In this document: piece by piece, positions 26,566-32,000 of the stretch
How the letters are laid out: each line of letters starts with the position of its first letter
Position numbering within the stretch: position 1 is the stretch's first letter
Assembly: GCA_934660865.1 (NCBI GenBank)
Contig: CAKUIA010000005.1
Coordinates: 81,590 to 113,589, forward strand
Length of the DNA stretch: 32,000 nucleotides
Direction: 5' to 3'
From: an uncultured Opitutales bacterium
GTDB taxonomy: Bacteria; Verrucomicrobiota; Verrucomicrobiia; Opitutales; Intestinicryptomonadaceae
Notes under the pieces: model-generated
Told to the model about the DNA's origin: nothing
Database searches by the model: none
What the model saw: only the letters and a program-made list of their open reading frames with translations
Program-made: the position numbers and the translations under genes

Positions 26566-27057
26566 TTAGCCGTCTATTTTTGTTATAAGGCAAACGGCGT
26601 GGGCAGCAATGCCTTCCTTTCGGCCTATAAAGCCCATTTTTTCGTTGGTGGTTGCCTTAATGCCTACATCGCAATCTTCAACTTTAAGCGACTTTGCCAA
26701 AACCTTTTTCATCGCGGCAATGTGGGGCATAATCTTAGGCGTTTCCGAAATTACAGTGCAGTCTATATTGCCTATTTTATAGCCAAGTCTTTCTATTTCC
26801 GACACCGCTTTTTTGATTATGTCTTGCGAGTCCATATCCTTGCAGGCATTGCTTGTATTGGGAAAGTAGTAGCCTATGTCGGGCAGGGAGGCCGCTCCCA
26901 AAATAGAGTCTGCAATGGCGTGGCTTAAAACGTCGGCGTCGGAATGGCCCAAAATGCCGAGAGTGCTTTTTATTTCTACGCCGCCTATTACACATCGGCG
27001 GTTTTCGGACAGCTGGTGTACGTCGAAACCGAAACCTATTCTATATTTTTGATTCAT
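26566..27057 (-). CDS. ispF: 2-C-methyl-D-erythritol 2,4-cyclodiphosphate synthase
   Basis: The motifs RIGFGFDVHQL, GHSDADVLSHAIADSILGA and TTNEKMGFIGRKEGIAA are present. Confidence 0.93.
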   Translation of the reverse strand: MNQKYRIGFGFDVHQLSENRRCVIGGVEIKSTLGILGHSDADVLSHAIADSILGAASLPDIGYYFPNTSNACKDMDSQDIIKKAVSEIERLGYKIGNIDCTVISETPKIMPHIAAMKKVLAKSLKVEDCDVGIKATTNEKMGFIGRKEGIAAHAVCLITKIDG

Positions 27058-27763
27058 TTTTTTTGGAGATTATGTATTCTACAAGGGCAATGTCGTCGGG
27101 TACGGTAATTTTCGGGTTATACGAGCCGTTTTCAACAACGGCTACATTTAAACCCAATGTAGAGTAGGCGGCAACATCGTCGGTAATTTGAATGTTGTTT
27201 GAAATTACATAGTTATACGCCTGCAAAATTTTAGAGCGTTTAAAAACCTGCGGGGTTTGCATTGCAAACAAAGTTTTGCGCTCCAAATCGGCAAGCTTGC
27301 AAAATTCCGTTTCGGGGAAGCTTTCGTTCTTTTTAATTGTGTCGATAACCTTTGAGGCCAAAACGCTGGCGCCGAATTTTTGCGCGCTTGAAAATAAATT
27401 TTTTATGTTTTGGCTGCCTACAAGAGGTCGGGCTCCGTCGTGTATGAAAACAAATTCGGAATTTTCGCTTGAAGCGTTAATGCCGTTTAAAACGCTGTTA
27501 TACCTTTCTTTGCCGCCGCGCGTAAAAACCGTTTTTACGCCGTGTTTTTTTGCGGGTTCGCACACTGCGTTTTTTATTGAGTTTTCCTGCTCTAAATCGC
27601 GGCACACAAAAACGATTTCGCACACGCATTCGCTTAAAATAAAAGCCAAAGCGCTATGCAAAATTACGGGCTTTCCGCAAAGATTTGCCAAACACTTGTC
27701 GGCAACGGTGCCCTTCATTCGGCTGCCGCTGCCGCCCGCTAAAATTATGGCCGAATTTTGCAT
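27041..27763 (-). CDS. ispD: 2-C-methyl-D-erythritol 4-phosphate cytidylyltransferase
   Basis: The motifs AIILAGGSGSRM, IHDGARP and TPQVF are present. It overlaps ispF by 17 nt, so the two are separate genes and not an ispDF fusion. Confidence 0.9.
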   Translation of the reverse strand: MQNSAIILAGGSGSRMKGTVADKCLANLCGKPVILHSALAFILSECVCEIVFVCRDLEQENSIKNAVCEPAKKHGVKTVFTRGGKERYNSVLNGINASSENSEFVFIHDGARPLVGSQNIKNLFSSAQKFGASVLASKVIDTIKKNESFPETEFCKLADLERKTLFAMQTPQVFKRSKILQAYNYVISNNIQITDDVAAYSTLGLNVAVVENGSYNPKITVPDDIALVEYIISKKNESKI

Positions 27764-27764
27764 T

Positions 27765-28463
27765 TTACGAAATTTCTTTGATTATATCCAAAGCTGCCTC
27801 GGCGGGATTTTCGGCTTTTAAAATGGGGCGGCCGACTACTATGTAGCTGGAACCCATATTTGCGGCGTCGGCAGGGGTTGTTATGCGCTTTTGCTCGTCG
27901 GCCGAAGAGCCTTTTGGACGTATGCCGGGGGTAATTAAATCTATGTTTTCGGGTAAAATTTTCCTTAAAACCGAAATTTCTTTGGGCGAGCATACAAGGC
28001 CTTTAACGCCGTTTTCTACCGCCAATTTTGCGAGAAGCTGAACCTGTTTTTCGGGGTTTAGGGCAACTCCCGTTTTTGCAAGGCCTTCGTCGTCGAACGA
28101 AGTTAAAACGGTAACGGCCAAAATTTCGAGATTTTCGTTTACCTGCTTTGCGCTTTCCAAAGCCGCCCTAATCATTTCGGCTCCGCCCGAGGCGTGTATT
28201 GTAAGCATTTGTATGGGCAAAACTCCAACGCTTTTTACCGCCGAAGCAACGGTGTTGGGAATGTCGTACAATTTTAAATCCAAAAAGATTTTAAAACCCA
28301 TTTTAGCCACTTCGTTTACAAAGTCGGCCCCGTATTTTAGATACATCTGAAGCCCTATTTTTACCCATTCCAACGAGCCTTGTAGCTTTTTAAGCGAATC
28401 TAAAGCCGCTTCTTTATCGGGTAAATCCAACGCTAAAATTAATTTGCAAGCTTGTTTTGACAT
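27765..28463 (-). CDS. pyrF: Orotidine 5'-phosphate decarboxylase
   Basis: The motifs LILALDL, KIFLDLKLYDIPNTV and IVVGRPI are present. Its stop lies 1 nt from the ispD start. Confidence 0.9.
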   Translation of the reverse strand: MSKQACKLILALDLPDKEAALDSLKKLQGSLEWVKIGLQMYLKYGADFVNEVAKMGFKIFLDLKLYDIPNTVASAVKSVGVLPIQMLTIHASGGAEMIRAALESAKQVNENLEILAVTVLTSFDDEGLAKTGVALNPEKQVQLLAKLAVENGVKGLVCSPKEISVLRKILPENIDLITPGIRPKGSSADEQKRITTPADAANMGSSYIVVGRPILKAENPAEAALDIIKEIS

Positions 28464-28505
28464 AATGCGAACAATATTGCATAAATGAAAAAAATTTCAA
28501 ACTAA

Positions 28506-29390
28506 ATGAACGAGTATAAAGAATTTTTTAGCCCCTGCAAAGTAAACTACATGCTTTCTATAACCAATCCGCGTAGAGACGGCTTTCACGATTTGGTTAG
28601 TTTGGTAAGCCCCGTAAAGTTTTACGACACCTTAAGAATAAGGTTTTCGGACAAAAAAACCGACACAATTACCTGCAATTTGGAGGGAGTGCCTCTTGAT
28701 TATTCCAATTTGGTTATGAAGGCCGCCCAACTTTACAGGCAGGCGTCTAAAAAAGACGTTTATTTCGATTTCGATTTGGAAAAGAAAGTTCCGCACGGGG
28801 CGGGTCTTGGCGGAGGAAGCTCGAACGGGGCCATAGCCCTTAAAGCCATAAACGAAATGTGCTTAAATGCGCTTTCTTTAGACACACTTTCGGATTTGGC
28901 GGCAACAATGGGCTCGGACTGCCCGCTGTTTTTGCGCAACTGCGGCGTTGTAATGAGGGGTAGAGGCGAGCTTATAACCGAGCTTACAAAAGAGCAGAAC
29001 GATTTTCTGCAAAGCCTGCAGCTTTTGATATTTAAACCCTCGTTTTCGATAAACACGGGCATGGCGTATAAGACAATGAGGCAAAAGAAAACGTTTTATA
29101 TTGAAAAGTCCGTCGCCGAAAGAAACCTTGAAATTTGGCTAAAAAACCCGACTTTGGAAAATTTGCCGCTATACAACAATATGCAGTTGGCCGCCGCCGA
29201 AAAATACCCCGCAATAGAGGCCATATTGGGTAAATTGAGGGAAAAATTCGGCTTAAAATGCCTTATGAGCGGCAGCGGTAGCGCGTGTTTTGCAATAATA
29301 AACAATGTAGACCCGAAAACTTTAAACGAAATAAAAGGCCAAATTCTTTCGGATTTGGGAGACACTTGCCTTATTGTGGAGGCTAAATAA
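28506..29390 (+). CDS. ispE: 4-diphosphocytidyl-2-C-methyl-D-erythritol kinase
   Basis: It has a GHMP-kinase fold. The motifs are PCKVNYMLSI..RR.DGFHDL, the ATP motif KKVPHGAGLGGGSSNGA, and MSGSGSACFA. Confidence 0.9.
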   Translation: MNEYKEFFSPCKVNYMLSITNPRRDGFHDLVSLVSPVKFYDTLRIRFSDKKTDTITCNLEGVPLDYSNLVMKAAQLYRQASKKDVYFDFDLEKKVPHGAGLGGGSSNGAIALKAINEMCLNALSLDTLSDLAATMGSDCPLFLRNCGVVMRGRGELITELTKEQNDFLQSLQLLIFKPSFSINTGMAYKTMRQKKTFYIEKSVAERNLEIWLKNPTLENLPLYNNMQLAAAEKYPAIEAILGKLREKFGLKCLMSGSGSACFAIINNVDPKTLNEIKGQILSDLGDTCLIVEAK

Positions 29391-29476
29391 TTTAAAGCAC
29401 ATAAAAAAAAGGTTGACCATTTCTAAAAATGTGATTTTCTTGACCTTTTAACTTTTATTTTAACGGAGAAAAGAAA

Positions 29477-29614
29477 ATGGGACCTACATTTAAACCATCG
29501 AGATTGAAACGCGCACGTCGCTGCGGTTTTCGCGCACGCATGAAGACAAGGGGCGGTCGCAAAGTTATAGCAAACAGGCGTTCTGTTGGCAGAGCCCGTT
29601 TGACAACCAAGTAG
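29477..29614 (+). CDS. rpmH: 50S ribosomal protein L34 (45 aa; below the ORF-track size cut-off)
   Basis: My own translation is [45 protein letters not shown], which matches the L34 consensus (TFQPS.LKR.R.HGFRARM....GR.VL..RR.KGR..L). A GGAG lies 9 nt upstream. It is followed by rnpA-yidD-yidC. Confidence 0.92.
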   Translation: MGPTFKPSRLKRARRCGFRARMKTRGGRKVIANRRSVGRARLTTK

Positions 29615-29622
29615 TTTGCCGT

Positions 29623-29952
29623 ATGCGCTTTGCCCGTAATAACAGGGTGCGCACTTTAACGGATTACGCGTTCGTGAAAAACGACGCGCGAAAGGCGGAT
29701 TGTTCCGCCTTTGTTGTTTATGTAAAAAGCGTTGCAGACTGCTCCCGCTTGGGCATTATTGCCACAAAAAAGCTGGGAGGGTCGGTAGGGCGCAACTATG
29801 CAAAGCGCGTTTTCCGCGCAATATTTAGGGAAGTTTTCGAAAACCGCACCGAAAAGCTGGCGGTTGTTGTTTATGTCAGGCGCGCCTTCCTTAAATTTAG
29901 CTACGCAAAGCTAAGGGAAAATTTTGAAAAGGGCATAGAAAGGGCCTCGTAA
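29623..29952 (+). CDS. rnpA: Ribonuclease P protein component
   Basis: It is a basic 109-aa protein with RLGIIATKKLGGSVGRNYAKRVFRAIFRE, the RNR-motif region. Its position directly after rpmH also fits. Confidence 0.85.
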   Translation: MRFARNNRVRTLTDYAFVKNDARKADCSAFVVYVKSVADCSRLGIIATKKLGGSVGRNYAKRVFRAIFREVFENRTEKLAVVVYVRRAFLKFSYAKLRENFEKGIERAS

Positions 29953-30272
29953 TGGATAGGGGCCAAAAAGTGTCTTTGCCCGCCCGCGTGTGTGTTGCGC
30001 TTATTTGGTGCTACAAAAAGTTTTTATCGCCCGTTTTGTCGTTGTTGCCCGGGGGCGGTTGCAGGTTTTACCCTACATGCTCGCAATATGCAAAAACGGC
30101 CTATATAAAGCACGGGTTTATAAGGGGCTCTTTAATGGCCTTTTTTAGAATTATGCGCTGCAACCCATTTTGCGAGGGAGGCATTGATTTTGTGCCCGAA
30201 AAATTTTCGTTTATGGGGCTTTTTAGGCGCAACATTCCCGAAAATAATAAAGTTGACGAACCCAGAAAATAA
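29952..30272 (+). CDS. yidD: Membrane protein insertion efficiency factor YidD
   Basis: The motifs YKKFLSP, CRFYPTCSQYA and RIMRCNPF..GGIDFVP are present. The TAATG arrangement overlaps rnpA. Confidence 0.9.
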   Translation: MDRGQKVSLPARVCVALIWCYKKFLSPVLSLLPGGGCRFYPTCSQYAKTAYIKHGFIRGSLMAFFRIMRCNPFCEGGIDFVPEKFSFMGLFRRNIPENNKVDEPRK

Positions 30273-30297
30273 TTGAAAAAATATACCTTTTAAAATT

Positions 30298-32000
30298 ATG
30301 GATAAAAAGAATACAACAATAGGACTTTTGCTTATAGGCATTGCGTTTTATCTGCTCTTTAGCGGAGCTAAAAACAACGGTGTGCCGCAGGCCGAGCAAC
30401 AGGTTGTAGGCAACGCAAAACCCGCGCAAATGGCGCCCGCACAAAATGCCGTTGTGCAGCCTAAGGCGCCCGTAGCCGAAACTAAAAGCGCTCTTGCCCC
30501 TCAAAAGGAGGAAATTTTTGTTTTGGACAACGGCTTTATAAGGGCCGAAATTTCAAATTTGGGCGCGTCGATAAAGCAGGTTGAGCTTTTAAAACACAAA
30601 AAAGAGCAGTCGGGCAAAGAAAACCTTATTATGCACGCAAACGACTCGGTAAGGGCGCTTGCCGTAGGCATAGACGCAAACGGGCAACCCCCTGTCGAAA
30701 CTTTTGCGCCCTTTGTATTGAAGGCAAAGGGCAAAAACGCGGCCGAGTACGAAGCCGTTGTAGACGGCGTAAAAATTGTCCGCAAATTTTGGCTGGACGA
30801 CAATTTTACAAAGGAATACAGCCCCTATACCGTATTTACTTCAACAAAGATTGTAAATTTAACGGGAAGCGAGCTTAAAAACAAGCAGCTTTGGCTTAGT
30901 TTGGGTATGGCGTTCCCGACAGAGGGCGACATAGCCGGGCGCAATCTTGAAATGGGCGCATACGACGGCGACGGCGTAAAGTTTGTTTCGGCCTCTTCGG
31001 TGGTAGGCAGTGCGGGCTTTATGGGCTTTATGGCAAGCGACCCGAAACAGCTTTATATTCTCGAAAGGCCCAACACAGTTTGGGCGACGGTTAAAAACCA
31101 GCCCTTTGCCGCCCTGTTTACCTCCGACTCTAAAAAGGCCGACAAGATTGCAATTAAGCCCGTAGACTGGGACATAAACAACCCCGACAGGCTTTTAAGA
31201 ACGGCTATAGAAGGCTTTATGGCGTTCCCGATAGACACCCTTTTAAACAACGGCCAATGGGAGCTTTCGGGCAGCTACTATATAGGGCCTAAAGACGTAT
31301 ATGCGCTTCAGGCAATGGGCAAAGAGCAGGACTTGGCAATGAGCTTTGGCTGGCTTGGTTTTGTAAGCAAACCCCTTTTGATGTTCCTTAACGTAATTCA
31401 CGCCATAGTAGGCAAAGTTAGCGTGGAATGGGCGTGGGGCTGGTCAATAATAATACTTACAATATTGGTGCGTCTTGTTGTTTGGCCTTTAATGAACAAG
31501 CAATATAGGTCGTCTATGCGCATGGCAATGCTCGCCGAGCCTATAAAGAAAATTAAGGAAAAATTCAAGAACGACCCGCAAAAAGTGCAGAAAGAAACCT
31601 GGGCGTTGTACGGCGAATACGGCATAAACCCGATGGCGGGCTGCCTTCCTGCGCTGATACAGCTGCCCATATTCTTGGGCTTGTACTTTATGCTGCAAAG
31701 CGTTGGCGACTTTAGGTTTGCCCACTTTTTGTGGATAAAAGACCTTTCGCTTCCCGATACGCTGCCTGGCAACCCCACAGTTATGGGCATACCCATACAC
31801 CTTTTGCCCATAATTAACGGTCTGTTTACAATAGCGCAAATGTTCCTTACCCCGATGACGGTAAGCGAACCCTCGCAAAAATTCATGATAAGGGGCATGC
31901 CGATATTCTTTTTGGTATTGTTCTATTCTTTCCCCTCGGGCTTGCTGCTATATTGGACAGTGCAAAGCATGTTCGGCTTCTTCCAGGTTTTGTATGTAAG
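30298..32000 (+). CDS. yidC: Membrane protein insertase YidC (3' end beyond the window)
   Basis: My own translation of the open frame from the ATG at 30298 runs to the window edge and is not in the ORF track. It gives an N-terminal TM, a large periplasmic domain, then WGWSIIILTILVRLVVWPL, MAMLAEPIKKIKEKFKNDPQK, YGINPMAGCLPALIQLPIFLGLY and FPSGLLLYWTVQS. Confidence 0.92.
   Translation, partial: MDKKNTTIGLLLIGIAFYLLFSGAKNNGVPQAEQQVVGNAKPAQMAPAQNAVVQPKAPVAETKSALAPQKEEIFVLDNGFIRAEISNLGASIKQVELLKHKKEQSGKENLIMHANDSVRALAVGIDANGQPPVETFAPFVLKAKGKNAAEYEAVVDGVKIVRKFWLDDNFTKEYSPYTVFTSTKIVNLTGSELKNKQLWLSLGMAFPTEGDIAGRNLEMGAYDGDGVKFVSASSVVGSAGFMGFMASDPKQLYILERPNTVWATVKNQPFAALFTSDSKKADKIAIKPVDWDINNPDRLLRTAIEGFMAFPIDTLLNNGQWELSGSYYIGPKDVYALQAMGKEQDLAMSFGWLGFVSKPLLMFLNVIHAIVGKVSVEWAWGWSIIILTILVRLVVWPLMNKQYRSSMRMAMLAEPIKKIKEKFKNDPQKVQKETWALYGEYGINPMAGCLPALIQLPIFLGLYFMLQSVGDFRFAHFLWIKDLSLPDTLPGNPTVMGIPIHLLPIINGLFTIAQMFLTPMTVSEPSQKFMIRGMPIFFLVLFYSFPSGLLLYWTVQSMFGFFQVLYV

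Noticed and set aside
29407-29476. Promoter for rpmH based on two TTGACC hexamers (29413-29418, 29440-29445)
   Set aside because: Neither hexamer has an acceptable -10 element at 16-18 nt spacing. The two copies instead form the arms of a weak hairpin (29407-29449) that may be an ispE terminator. The evidence is too ambiguous to call either feature.

Overview
This window is a compact, almost entirely core-housekeeping stretch of a diderm (outer-membrane-bearing) bacterial chromosome. Left to right it contains: the F1 ATP synthase genes atpA (partial), atpG, atpD and atpC. Next come rpmF (L32, 59 aa, absent from the ORF track), plsX and fabH, then a BamD-like TPR protein, an LptE-like lipoprotein and rpe. 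A convergent HAD-like gene follows on the minus strand. An 11-gene run with no real intergenic space comes next: uppS, cdsA, dxr, rseP, ispG, a MATE transporter, a membrane protein, a TIM-barrel enzyme, ybeY, a DUF502 protein and a RecO-like protein. mnmG (gidA) is on the minus strand. A visibly A+T-rich accessory-looking segment (22.4-25.1 kb) holds a lone divergent ADP-ribosylglycohydrolase-fold gene, tRNA-Arg(UCU) and two non-coding regions of about 0.6 kb each. The window ends with a porin, ispF-ispD-pyrF (minus) divergent from ispE, and rpmH (L34, absent from the ORF track)-rnpA-yidD-yidC (partial). Five of the seven MEP-pathway genes plus uppS are present. I saw no CRISPR array, transposase or integrase, recognisable defence system or toxin-antitoxin pair, and I cannot point to a convincing novel multi-gene system. 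The most checkable leads are: (1) the 623-bp A/T-rich region upstream of mnmG as a possible oriC or large regulatory region, with contradictory orientation evidence. (2) The ARH-fold protein, whose canonical metal ligands appear substituted. (3) The long structured non-coding region between tRNA-Arg and the porin gene, which ends in a terminator-like hairpin 42 nt before the porin ATG. (4) Several housekeeping-family proteins with substituted catalytic motifs (HAD Asp to Asn, YbeY third His to Asp, CdsA signature). All motif comparisons were made by eye from memory of family consensus sequences and need alignment-based confirmation.
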